A DNA stretch of 63,444 nt, filler included, from Intoshia linei (lineage: Eukaryota > Animalia > Orthonectida): the NCBI GenBank assembly GCA_001642005.1. It is 7 parts of 7 records of this genome, joined end to end, with 100 filler letters (N's around TTAATTAATTAA, not from the genome) between each part and the next. Parts side by side here need not be neighbours in the genome. Positions count along the whole stretch, not along the records: positions 36,542 to 41,593 come from LWCA01001834.1; positions 41,694 to 58,743 come from LWCA01000819.1; 5 more parts are not named here. One strand, written 5' to 3'. The notes below the pieces were generated by a model. It ran no database searches, had not been told where the DNA came from, and worked only from the letters and a program-made list of their open reading frames with translations. Every line of letters starts with the position of its first letter. Positions within the stretch are counted from its first letter, which is position 1. This document shows, one piece after another, positions 37,365 to 50,543 of the stretch. Both the position numbers and the translations under genes were made by a program.

Positions 37365-39599
37365 TCTTATTAATTAAGTTATATTAAATTTAATTTTATA
37401 ATGTAAATTTTATGATGTGTTTATTATTGTTACAATAGTAGAATTTTTTAAATTACTAGCTGAAATGAAAGAAATGAACGTAATTTTATAAGACACTTTA
37501 CGCATGTGTATAAAATATATCATTCTATTTTGAATATGAATTATACTCTTATTTATTTATACAATAGTTATTTACACACTAAGAGTAACATTGTAAGCAA
37601 TATAATTATGTTAATTTTAAAATTACAGTATAAGTACAATTAATAGTACGTATAAAAAAAAATATTAGTACTCACTACAGAAATAACAAAGTACAAATAA
37701 AAATTAATCTTGAAGTGATTGAAATTTAGTTTAAATGTTAATAAAAAAATTATTACATACTAAAAAAGCGTACATGATAATTTTTATTCATTGAAATTAT
37801 TTAATGGTTTATCAATATGTATTATGATAATACAGTCAAATAATAAATGGTAAATACTAAATTTAAGATATGGTTCTTAGCATAATCTTATATGTACATT
37901 ATTATTAAAAACTACATATATTAACTATATGTATTCTTTCATTTAAACCATTACGTAAAAAGTGTAGCTAAAAGTGTAAATAGTCGGATTTATATTTATG
38001 GCTGAGGTTATTGAATGAATTATAAATGTGCATTCACATTATTTTGGCAGCCATAAATTAATTATTATTTTAACTATTTATTTTTATTTTTGAATATTTT
38101 CTATTTGATTTATTTTTTAATCTTTAGCCCTGGTACATCCTAAAACCGTTAAAAGAATACAATTCATAGTTGATGTGTATTTAAAATATTTACTGACTAT
38201 TAATGATTATTATATGTTATTATGATTATATTATAATATTTAATTGCTACATCAATGCAATATCAAATTTGATATATTTGAAGAACCAAAATTCATTTTA
38301 ATACAGGACTTCATGCCGCAGGTGCCCAGGCGAGCACGTGTTCACCAAACTTAAAATTTAATTTAAATGGAATTGCCATAAAGACGTTATTTTTAAAAGA
38401 TACCGTTTTAACTAATCCAAATATAGCGTTTGTAATTTTTGGAATATTTATCATAGATAATTTATTTCATCCTTTCTTATATAAAGTAATTTAGTTTAAA
38501 ATATATGTCAGTTTATTTATTTGTTTATTTGTCTGTCTTTTACAATTTATTTAAAAAAGTAATAAGAGTAGATTTTTAAGAATACCAATTTCTAATACAA
38601 TTGTTCAAGGGTGAGGTCTTATCGTAAATGACATTTTCAGTAATGTAGTCCTTCAAGTTGAAAAACACTAATTATCATTTTTTTTAATAACAGACGAATC
38701 GTAGAATTTAAAAAAATTAGCATGACGCCCTGGTTCAAAATTACTACATATTATTTTATTTTATATATTTAATTCAATTTAATGAATAGAATTTTAAAAT
38801 TACAAACTAAAAATTAGTTGTCAAAAGTTAATTAGACAAATTTAATTGATAATTATCTAATATAATATGATTAATAATTATAATTATAATCATTTATAAA
38901 TAATTTATTTTAATAGATTTATATATACATTATATGTATATAATTACACACTATATACAAAATTAAATTAAAAATTAATACATTTTACTATATCGAGTAA
39001 ACTACATGTATTCGATAAACAATAATACAATTACAAGCTATACAATAATATAGATAGAATATATTATCTCTAACAAAAATTAATATCGTTATACATATAA
39101 AATATGTAAGTGAGTCACATGTTTCTTAAAATATTGAAGTAAACATTAGAAACAATTTTAAATATAACGTTGAATATTAATAGTAAAAAATCCAATTAGA
39201 TCAATGTAAATATAAATATAAATATAGAATAACTAAAACAAGGTATGACCGGGTTTCACGGAGGTGTTTTTTTTTCCATGCAAATTTTGTGTTACGCTTA
39301 GCGCATGACTGAATTACGTCTCAAAATAAAAAAAAAAATGTAAAAAAAAAATAAAAAAGTGATGTGATTAAATTTTCAATCCACCAACAAATGAATGTTT
39401 AAAACACCTTTTAAAATATATACCCTTACCATGTATGTTGTATTTGAGTGATGACTAGACTAATTTAATTTCAATAATGTAACCTCAAAACCTAAAGGTA
39501 TTAGAATTGTTATTCTAATTTACATTTCATATTATATGATACTAATATTTACCATCTACAGTAGTTTAAAATGTATCAATTTACAACGTATTTTAAACA

Positions 39600-39820
39600 A
39601 CAACACCTATTATTTTAATCGAAATATTTGAAAAATATTGGTTCATAATGTATTAAAAATTATTTTTCATCAAAAAAGCGTAGATTTCTGGGGTTGAAAT
39701 TTATGTTACTAACACCCGGAAAAAACTGTAATAGAAATGTCAGCTTGATAAATTCTAAGACTGGTAGGTATTGAAATAAACGATAACACACACACAGACA
39801 AATAAAACATATTATATCGA
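39600..39820 (-). mobile_element. Internally deleted Helitron family fragment
   Basis: GCGTAGATTTCTGGGGTTGAAATTT joined directly to the terminal AAATTCTAAGACTGGTAG..AACACACACAC segment. Confidence 0.7.
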
Positions 39821-42040
39821 TTAATTGGTGAACATTTATTTATTCCGATTTATAGTTAGAGCGCTATGAGAACGACATAATCATCAATTTTGCTAATTAA
39901 ATATTTAGTTTTTGACCAAAATTTTGAGGTTTTTTTTTTTCTGATAATTTTTTTACACTCAATTTTTAAAGATTTTGACAATAATTTTAGTCCCAAAATT
40001 TAGTAGAGAACATTTTTTCTACCATTTTTTAAATATTTAGAAGACACGTTTTGTGGGATTTTAAAGCCAATATTTTTAATATTATAAGGGATCTCGAAAA
40101 TATTTTAAAATTGACCAAAAAAAACTTTACTTAAAAAACTACCAAATTTGAGACCCAAAATAATTTTTAAAATTTTTCTTAAAGAAATGCACATAAATTT
40201 CGTGAAAAAATTAATAATTATTATAATATTATAAATTAGTAATAAAGATGATTATGTTGCTTTATGATATATCGCTACAACACTAATAAGTTCAAATGAA
40301 TGTCGCTCTAAAGAAGGGATTCTCAGCCTTTCTTTAGAATTGTTTCCTACGCCCATAATTCACATATTATTTTTTAAATCGCTTACTCCGTAATTCATAA
40401 ATTTACTCGTTTTGTTTACTTGGTACTGCTACTCAATTTAATGACACATGTGACCATGTGTAAAAATTTATAATGTGTTTTAAAATTTCTTTGGAGCATC
40501 GTTTTGGTTCCATATAATATTATTTATACTTTATAATATATATTATTATCATTTATAAGTAATGTTTAAAATTTTAAGTAATTACCGTCTAATTTAATCA
40601 AGCAAAATTAAAATCAATTAAATTAATAATGCACCACCCCAGCGTCTGGGCCGAGATATACAATTAAATTTGTAAATAAATGAAATTTACCCACTATTGT
40701 ACATTATTGTTATTGATTAAATTCAAAATTTAACTAATGTAATATGATAAAGTATATATTATTCTAATCCTGGTAGTGATTAGATCAATAATAAATTAAA
40801 ATTATTTGCTTATCTCGAAAAATTTTTCATTTTTTTGTACCGTGTTATATAACTAGCTTGACTGTTATATACTTAGTACAAACAGTAGTTAGTAAAAACA
40901 TTTAAAATTTAAAATTATGTTACTCTTTTGTTTTAAAAAAAAAAGTTAAATTCGGTTTTTGATTTTGAAGGTTGCAATCTTTGAAAATAAAATTGGTCAT
41001 ATTGCATTGCTCTTGAAAAACTGTATTGAAAATTGGGCTTTTTTAAATACCAAAACTCTTCATTTAATTAAACGACAAAACATAAATTTAATTATATATA
41101 AGCAATGAATTGCAAATATTATTATTATTTAACATTACATTTGTTATTATAACACAGTATATTTTTAAACTTTTCAACGAATTACGTTAATTAACGAAAG
41201 TTTGAAATTATTTTGAATGTGAAGGAGTTGATGAGTAAGTAATAATCTGAAAATTAGAGACACAGCCGTCGCGTATTTATCAAAATAATTAAGAAATAAT
41301 ATGGTTTTTGAAAAAATTTAAAATGTAATTATTATATTAAATTTTATTATTGGTATTTTTTATATTTTATTCTATAAATGAAATATATTAAAATATAATT
41401 AAAACATTCCAAGTGATTTTCCTAGGGCAATTTCCAAGTTTCGAGGTATGTATTAAAATTTTTAATATAATTTTTATAATAATAACAAGTTAATAAAATT
41501 ACTATCTTTTGTTAAAAAATAAAATAATATTAAATATAATAATATAATTATATAAAATATTGATATATGAAAATTACCATCTTTTTTATTTTTNNNNNNN
41601 NNNNNNNNNNNNNNNNNNNNNNNNNNNNNNNNNNNNNTTAATTAATTAANNNNNNNNNNNNNNNNNNNNNNNNNNNNNNNNNNNNNNNNNNNNTATATTG
41701 TTCAAAACTTTAGAGGCGATGCCCCAGGGTTTTTTTAACAGTTGAGAAGTAAGATTGGGTGCAAATATTTTCAAAATGTTCATATGGTGGAAGGGTGCAC
41801 TTTTGATATAAAAATTCGTTCACACCCCTAGTACACATAATTAATATTAATATTTACTTGGTTTAAATATATCAAAATTCTTAGATTCATTTTGATACTA
41901 ACTGCAGGAAATGATTTGATGAGTATAATCGAATTATTCCAGCAAATTTTGGCCGAATACGAACGAATGAATAAAATATGATCTGTGATTTTTTGATATC
42001 TGTTTCGTTAAGTTGCTTACTACTTGTATAATATTGATAT

Positions 42041-42280
42041 CATCCTTACTTATATCAAGTAAATGGTTAAAAATGTATGTCTGTTTATTTGTTTGTTTAT
42101 TCCAATTTATTTAAGAAAGAAAGGGCAGTTGAGTTTTACAAATTCCATATTATTATAACAGTTTTTCCAGAGTGGTGTTTTATCGCCAATGTCAATTTCA
42201 AAAATTGAGTCCTTCAAGATTAAAAACCTCAATTGTTCTTTGTTTATAAATTCAAACCCGTCCTAGAATTATAAAAAGAT
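42041..42280 (+). mobile_element. 5' end of a related Helitron-like family (second copy about 38468-38720)
   Basis: A|TCCTTACTTATAT... followed by (TTTG)n; similar to 38468-38720 (GTCCTTCAAG..AAAAAC, GTCxTAGAATT). Confidence 0.5.
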
Positions 42281-42789
42281 TATTGATACAGTTTATTTCA
42301 TTTAAATTCAATATAAAATTTCAACTCCATAACTCTACCCATTCCCGGTTAAAAATAATTTTTAATATATTATCAACCAATATTTTTCAAATACAAATGT
42401 ATCAGATTTCAATTAAAATTGAACTAAAATCAACTTTCTGTGATAGCGGGCCGAATTGTTATATAAAATAGATGGGTGAGCCAGAAAATAAATTTTAAGA
42501 ATTTTTGGTTTGAATATATTTATTTTAAATTTTTATTATACAAAATAAAATTTACAGTTTTTATGACAAATGTCATTATATCGTTAAGTTAAATCGATTT
42601 TCCACATAATGCTTCTTAATGAATACAATGAAAGTTTTTTAGAGAAATTAAAATGTCTTTATTTTTTAAATGTTCTTGCATTAAATTTACAATTTCTTTT
42701 TTTGAGCCTATCATAAATGGAGCACCGTCTATTCGATAGTAAGCCCAAAAAGTTTACGTATGTTAAGATTTGCTTAAAAAAAAATAATT

Positions 42790-43765
42790 AACGGAATGAG
42801 CACTTTATAAACATATTTCAGGTGAATTTTACAAATATTGAAAAGGATTGTAATAAATATAAAAATGATAATAACAAAGTTGTATTACTTTTAGTAATCG
42901 TCGTTGTAGTTTTAATTTAAAATTTTAAACAAAATGTTTTGAAAATGAGAATTTGAGATTTAAAAATTTCGTAGCAATGAAAAAAATTCCGAAGAAATTA
43001 ATTATATAGAATTTCACCCATATTTCTTCATTGGAAACGTGTAGACATTCAATGAACATTTTTTTTGAAATTGTAGGATCAATATTTACATTTTCAATTT
43101 TTATTTTAATCGAAATATTTGAAAAATATTGGTTGATAATATATTAAAAATTATTTTTCACAGGGAATGCGTAGATTTCTGGGGTTGAAATTTTGTAATT
43201 ATATCAACTGGAATAAGCTCTATCAGAATAATCTCACTTTTTTAATTTTGGGACTTTTAATTATTTCACATTTTTGTTTTCATAAAATATTTCGGAAAAA
43301 AAATGTATGAATACTAGTGTTGGCAATTTATCAAAATATTTTTATTAAAACGCTTTTATCGATAAATTATCGATAATTTTTTATTGATTGCCAATAATAA
43401 TGAATACTAAAATGCTTTTTTGAGCGTGAAGGCATCACTTATTCAGAGTGAAATTTTTTTTGTGTGTTAACAGTATACAACTGTACCACCTGTAATTTTT
43501 TTAAATTCTACGGCTGTTTTCATTTAAAAAAAAAGGTAATTAGCGGTTTTGGTCCTGAAGATATATTTTTTAAATTCTCGATTTGATTTTCAAAAAAAAG
43601 GACAATTGGGCTTTTTGACCCGTAAGATGTGAGTTTAGTAAGTTGAAATTTATTTTTTCAGTCCGGAAAAAAATGTAATTAAAATATGGACTTTATTAAA
43701 TTCTAAGACTGGTAGTTATTGAAATAAACGGTAACACACACTCACACACAAACAAATATTACAAG
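42790..43765 (-). mobile_element. Non-autonomous Helitron family copy
   Basis: Near-colinear with 29965-31170; ends AAACGGTAACACACACTCACACAC. Confidence 0.8.
43315..43399. mobile_element. 85-bp hAT MITE inserted in the Helitron
   Basis: TAGTGTTGGCAAT ... ATTGCCAATAATA; TSD ATGAATAC at 43307-43314 and 43400-43407; empty site in other copies. Confidence 0.8.
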
Positions 43766-44747
43766 CAATGTATAAAAATAAAGATAATCGAAGAATAATG
43801 TTGCTTTTTTAATTACTTAATGTAGACAAATTTTAGTTAATTAATCAAACTTACAATTTGGAAATTTACATAAGGAATTTCACAAATTTACAGGTATGGT
43901 CCCGGACCATTGGTCCGTTAGTAACGAACCTTATCCGAATCTAATCTTATTTCTATTATTATTATCAATTTTATTTCGAAAATGAAAACTTTATGCCACA
44001 CCACTTAAACCACCAATAAATATTGATAATATTGATTTTAAGAAACAATTTTAAACCAAAAATATTTTTTGCAATCATAAATATGTAATTTTGGCTTTAC
44101 ATTTAAATCCAAATTAAATTGAAGTGATCGAACGTGACTATATCGACATATAACTGTACTTTGAAAAAAGTTAAAGAGTAAGTTGACATATTGAAGTAAG
44201 GCTCGATACGCATGCCTACCGAAATTAGGACTATTTTTTATATTTAAAATAATTAATCAACATCAAAAACCAAAAATTACCCAATGGAATAAATTTGTTT
44301 TGATCCATAGTTATATCAAAATGCTTCATTTGCAACTTTTCATCCAAACTAGACATTACTTTCCACGAAACATGTCTAAAATGATCAAGTAAATTTGATT
44401 AAAAAAATTACCCTGTTAGGCTCAATAAAACCACAATTGGGCTACCTAATAAAAAATGATAAATATTAAGAACTGACCATAATAAAATAAATAGAAAAGT
44501 AAATCTATTAATAAAAATACCATAAACAACAAATTTAAAATATTTATGTTGAAAAATCATATATACATAAATATTAAAATACAATGCACAAACAAAAAGA
44601 TTAAAAAGGATAAAATAAATTTTTTTGTTATAGTAACCAAAACTAAACGTAATATTTTAATTTAACATTATTAAAATTTTTAAAAAAATATCACGTTACT
44701 ATATTTAATATAGAAATTGAATGTTTAGAATTTTTAACTGAAAATTC

Positions 44748-47700
44748 ATGAATAAAGAAAATGTAAACTGTAAAGAAAAATTCTATTATTATCTGGTACT
44801 TTTATTTTCTCAAAATTTTGAAAAATTTATATCATCGTTTTTTTTCAATGATTTTAAAAAATTGAGTCGGTTTATCAAAAATCAACATTGCCGATTTTAT
44901 AGATTTAAAAAGAATGACACTGTTGGTACAGTTTATCAAAATATTTCCAAAATGTACAATATTGATACGATTAATCTTTTCGAGGATAATGTTAAAATTG
45001 AAAATAATACATTACTCGAAAATTGTTGGCTATTTTTTAAAAACAAAAATCCATACATTGATAATTGTACGAATTATTCAAAATTAATGCCCAGGAGTCC
45101 CATGATTGGAAAAAAGAGTGTAAATTCATCTGAAAATGGTCATGATGGTAATTTAATGTTGCAGTATCGTACTGGCAGCGATGTGGTGGTACCTGAAAAA
45201 TGGAATTTATGGGACTCTATTTTGAATCAACCTGATAATTCAATTTTTAAAAACATTTCCATTACTGATATTCATTGTGTAGTTTCTCTAATTAATAAAA
45301 AAGCCAATGCTGCTTTACTGAAATGGCTTATTTGTTTTCCTCAAATTTTAATATCAAGTTACGATTATCCTACTATTGTTCATATGGGTGCGCGTTACAA
45401 TTTATTGCATATTGTAGCTATTTCAGATAATTTTGAGGCTGCAGAAATGATATTATCCATGTTATCTAGTCCCACCATAATAGCCAGGATTGAACGCTAC
45501 TATTGCACCGGCAATGTGTTTACATACAATAGAGAAATGTTTCTTATGAAACGAAATCGATTTATAAATGTTTATCTCACCACACCCGATAAAATTTGTG
45601 GTGATACTCCTCTACATTTAGCTGCCAAAAACCAAAATGTTGCATGTTTGTCTACTTTTATTAAATTTGCTGACAATGAATCAATTATACGGACCAACAA
45701 GTCAAATGAAACATTTTATGACATTTTAAAAAGTCAAGTGTCCAAGATTATGAAGATTTTATGTAAAAATGAACAAAACCAAATTTCTAATCGCCTCAAA
45801 CTTGAAAAACTTGTAAAATTTCAGACTTTTTATGAGAAGCAATATCATGTAATGCTATACAGAAAATATTGTCCATTTAGTTGTGAAAGTCCCATCAAGG
45901 CCATCATTGGACCTATTGTACATAATCATTTCACAAATTTTTCTTTTTTATTTACAGAATCTCATAATTATCATGTTTTTCAAGTTGACGGGAGTTACGT
46001 TGCAAAACGTTTTAAAGTGTCATTTAAAAATCCCATATTCACCTCTGTTGGCGGGAATTTACACTGCACTAGACTGTGGGCTTTAAAATCGCAATATTTG
46101 TTTAACAATGACGGCAATTTTATGGAAGATGTTGAAAAAAATCATAATTTAACATGTCAGTTTAAATGCTGTGATGCTTTGATTCATGCTGTAGCTGGTC
46201 CAATGACCCAATTGGATGCAGAAAAATTCAGAAAAATCTGGTTAGATCCCGCCAATTTTTTGGATATTGATAAAGAAACTTGTACAGATATTTTGAAATC
46301 CGATTTTTCCAAAGGTGTTGAAAGAATGGGTCGGTTAGTCGCTAATTATATGAATGTTGATTACATTGAATATTTTTCGTTTCTCGACATGTATGTTGAC
46401 ATCACTAAACCAGAATGGTATCGTGTCTTGGAAATTTATCTTGTTAATAAAATTTGCCAATATGCTCAAACTGTATTAAATACAGTACCCTTAAATACCA
46501 CCTTAGATAACGAAAAAAAATCGGAAATTCATAGGTTTTTATATTTATTAATAATAAATTATTATATTTTTATTATACATGTATGTATTATGAATGTTGT
46601 GGAGCCTGATTGATTTTTAAATTTTTAGCTTCCACAGAATTTTTCTAAATTATTCTGAACTATATAAATAATTTATAACATAGTAAACTCTGTATATAAG
46701 AACTGTTTCCAATGGTCAGACCTGTATATATTGATCACCTAATATAGTGAAAATTTCGTAGAGCGAACATTAAAAATTATTTTTTTACCAAAAAATCCAC
46801 TTTATATGAATATATAATACTAGCTTGATTGATATGTACTTCGTACAAACAGCCTCCTAGTTCTGCCGAAGGCAAAAATTTTTATTGTACCAGAAAAATA
46901 AATTTAATATGAAAATTTAACCTAAAAATGCTACTATTCACTATTATCAATCATTTAAAGGATTAATTCCTCAAAAAATTGCAAAGGAATTAATTATATA
47001 AATTTCCACCCATATTTATTTGTTGGAAATTTATAGAAGTTCAATGCACGTTTTTTTTGAAATTGTAAAATGATTATTTTACTTATTCATTTTTAATTTT
47101 AATCATTTATTTGAATAATATTGGTTGAAAATATATTAAAAATTATTTTTCACCGGGAATGCATAGACTTCTGGGGTTGAAATTTTGTATTTATGTCAAA
47201 TGGAATAAGCTCTATCAGAATAATCATTTTTTTTTAATTTTCGGACCGTTAATTATTTCACATTTTTTGTTTTAATAAAATATTTCGAAAAATAAATATG
47301 AATACTAAAATGCTTTTTTGATGGTGAAGGCATCACTTATTCAGATTGAAACTTTTTGTGTGTTACAACAGAATATAACTGTACCATCTGTAATTTTTTT
47401 AAATTTTAGGGCTGTTTTAATTTTAAAAAAAATGGTAATGTGGGATTTTGATCGTGAAAATTATTTTTTTTGAGGTTTCCATTTATGATAATATTTATGA
47501 TTTTAAAAACTATCCCAGAATTTTATGTTTAAAAAAATTTAGGACATATTTTATTTTTAAAACAAGGTAATTTGTGGTTTTGACAATGAGGGTATGGATT
47601 TCTGATGCTGAGATTAACGAAAAAGTTAATGCTTTTAAAACACATTTCAGAGTGTATGTTTTATTAAATTTTTGGGTTGATTTTTATAAACAAAAGAGGA

Positions 47701-49526
47701 AATTGGGTTTTTTACCTTGAAGGACTCAAATTCTGAATCTGAAAAATGGATAAAAACACGTCCTTGGAAAAAAGGTATTATAAATTTTAAATTAGGTTTT
47801 TTTAAATCCTGCGACTTTCAATTTTTTCAATAAATGGTTACACACACATATTTATTTTTATATAAGTACAATACGGTTATGAACGTTGGAAACCTTTCAA
47901 AATAAAATTAATACAATAAATTATCCAAAGATGAACATCAAAATATTAAATTTAAAAAAATGTTCAATATAGAAGAAATGAACAAATTTTTTTGTTTTAT
48001 GGTCATTACAGAGTTAATTACTGAGACAAGAAGCATTTTAGCATCTTTTATTATATACTTTATTTTGGACATACACTAGTTTAAATTTATACGAGAACTA
48101 TTTTATTTTTCAGTATTTAATTACCGAGAATTATTTATTATTATTATTAATTATACCGAGATTTATCGAGAATTTATTCAAATTATTTAAATTTTAGATT
48201 AATATAATGTTAATTTTGTACAATAGTAGCTTGACTGTTATGTACTTCGTACAAACAGCAGCTAGCTATTTTTCAAAAAACGGGTGATTTGGGGTTGGCT
48301 ATGAAGATTTAAGTTTCTAATGTTGAGATTTACGACAATAATAATAATATTAAATTAAATTACGTATATTATGAAAAATACGTATTTATGTCCACACTAC
48401 TTATATCCTTTATAATATAATAATCAAATAATGTGTTATTTGTTGAAATAATTTCCCAAAAAAAAGTAAATTGTAAATTCCTTTTTTGACTGTCAAGACG
48501 TAAATTTTTGATTTTGAAATTTTTTGAAAATAGGTGTATTAGTTATGATTTTTTTTAAAATTCTGGGACTAGTTTTTTCATTTGATATATGAAAGACAAA
48601 CTTTGGCAACGTTTACGCTATATAAATAATGATTACATTCCAAATAATTTTCAGTTATGTCTCAATAAATTAAAATATTACTGATAATAAATAGAATATA
48701 CAATATCAACAAGTCAGTTATTATTCAAAATTACTTTTATAATCTTTATATCTGAAAATGTTCCATATATTACCTGACCATAAAACAATCTTCATGATTT
48801 ATTTATTTTATAAAAAAATTTTATATTATTTGTTGGTCTTATTTTAATCGTTTGTAATATACGACATAAGATGCTAATTATGATACGCTGGTATGATGTT
48901 TCCTAATGCCGGTCCGTGAAATAATTTTACCGGTCGGCGGAAAATTTTTTTATATTTGAAATATAAATATAATTAATAAATTTTGTCTCGTATTTTTGTA
49001 TTTGCGCGATAAATATTATATTAAATTGTCGGTTCGTGGCGATTAAGAATGGGAACCCCAGAAATATACTATATTCATTAAAAATTTAAGCATGGCAAAC
49101 AATTATACATTAATCATTTTTTAATAATATTACTGAAATTGTATATTATAGAAATAATTATTTTATTAATTATACATAATAATTTTTTTTATTAGATTTA
49201 TTAACGAATCTATGGAAAAAAATGATTTTTTAAGTATCTGGAATAATTTAGCAATCATAAACAAAGAATATACTGTAAATATGTTAATAGATGATTTTGA
49301 AACGTTATCCATCGAAAACAGTTTGGAAAATAACGAATCAAATCCAAAATATAATGATGATCAAGAATTGCCAAATTTGTATATCCAGCTTTTCAAAATA
49401 TCTTGTCATGATTCTGATTTATTTATATTGTTGCAAAATGTTGCTTTAAATGAGACTAAATATCCTTTATTGTTTTATTGGAAGTCTTGTATTGCATCAA
49501 TTTCTTTACATGAAGATTCAACATAG
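44748..49526 (+). CDS. ANKLE2: ANKLE2/LEM4-like ankyrin-repeat protein, 2 exons
   Basis: Exon 44748-46534 has PQILISSYDYPTIVHMGARYNLLHIVA, YLTTPDKICGDTPLHLAAK, AVAGPMTQLDAEKFRKIW, DFSKGVERMGRLVA..YIEYFSFLDMYVDI. Exon 49196-49526 has SCHDSDLFILLQNVALNETKYPLLFYWKSCI (ANKLE2 C-terminal SKLD.DV..AL...FP.V.RWK). Splice phase consistent. Confidence 0.9.
46820..47870 (-). mobile_element. Non-autonomous Helitron, best-preserved copy, in ANKLE2 intron
   Basis: Minus-strand 3' end ...TGTAC-GAA-GTACA...TCAAGCTAG|T at 46820; about 100-bp internal subrepeats (AAAAAxGGTAATTTGxGGTTTTG); (CA)n and TATATAAGTA near the other end. Confidence 0.82.
48226..48600 (-). mobile_element. Helitron variant: same 3' hairpin end joined to subrepeat-type interior
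   Basis: TAGCTTGACTGTTATGTACTTCGTACAAACAGC then AAAAAACGGGTGATTTGGGGTTGG subrepeats similar to 47560-47820. Confidence 0.6.
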
Positions 49527-50543
49527 ATAATGTACATTTATTTATATATCTAATTAAACTTTGTACACTTCATTTATACACTGCATTTGGCATTTACCTT
49601 AAATGTAAATACACACTTTCTTCATAATATTATAATCAATAAGGATATCCAAAACTAAAAAACTATCAAGAATAATAAAATGAATGCACATTTCTAAATA
49701 TCAGAGATTCTCAAGAAGTCCTTTTAAAAATAAAAAATGTATTTTATTTCATATCTATCATCATAATTTTTGGCTAAAAATATGAAAAAATACATTTCAC
49801 CGATCTTAGAATAATTTTTCCTCAGCCAGCCGTCTATCAACCAGGTTATACGTTACATTTATACCAATATTCTTCAAGTTAAGATGATTGTCTCAATAAA
49901 ATAATCAAGCATTAAAACTAATTTCAGTCCTACAGTTGCAATTAACATAAATAAAAATTTAATCTTAATAGGTATAAAATAATTGTTTTCTAAAGTAAAC
50001 ATAATCATGTTATCAATTTTTCTTGGTTGAAGATGAGAATTTAAAAACAAACATTATTCCCTGGCTAAATAAACGGGTAATTGTTTTTGAAAACTAAACC
50101 ACCAAAAATGAATTGTAGCGGGAAAATCTTTAAAAATACAATTAAAACAGAAATTTGGACATTTAATTTGTCAACACTATATAAAATATAATAAAAAATA
50201 AAACATACTGTTTGTTTGGTAAATTGAAAAGTAGACAATATTGCATTATCGTAAACAATATTAACCTAAAATTTTTAAAAAAAGTAAAAATTTCAATGAC
50301 AATTTTTTAGCTAATAAAAATAGACAAACATTGCACATAAACATGGGTACAAGTAAAATAAAATCAACTCAACTTTATAATTCATGACATGTTGAATAAT
50401 AAAAAAAATTTAGAGCCAAAATTTGACACAATAACTTTATTTTATATTTTTTTTGTATTTTCGTATATTTGTTATGTTTAATTTAAAAATTTTATGTGTT
50501 TTATAAGTTTTTAACCTGTTTTGAATGTGAATACAATTATTAT

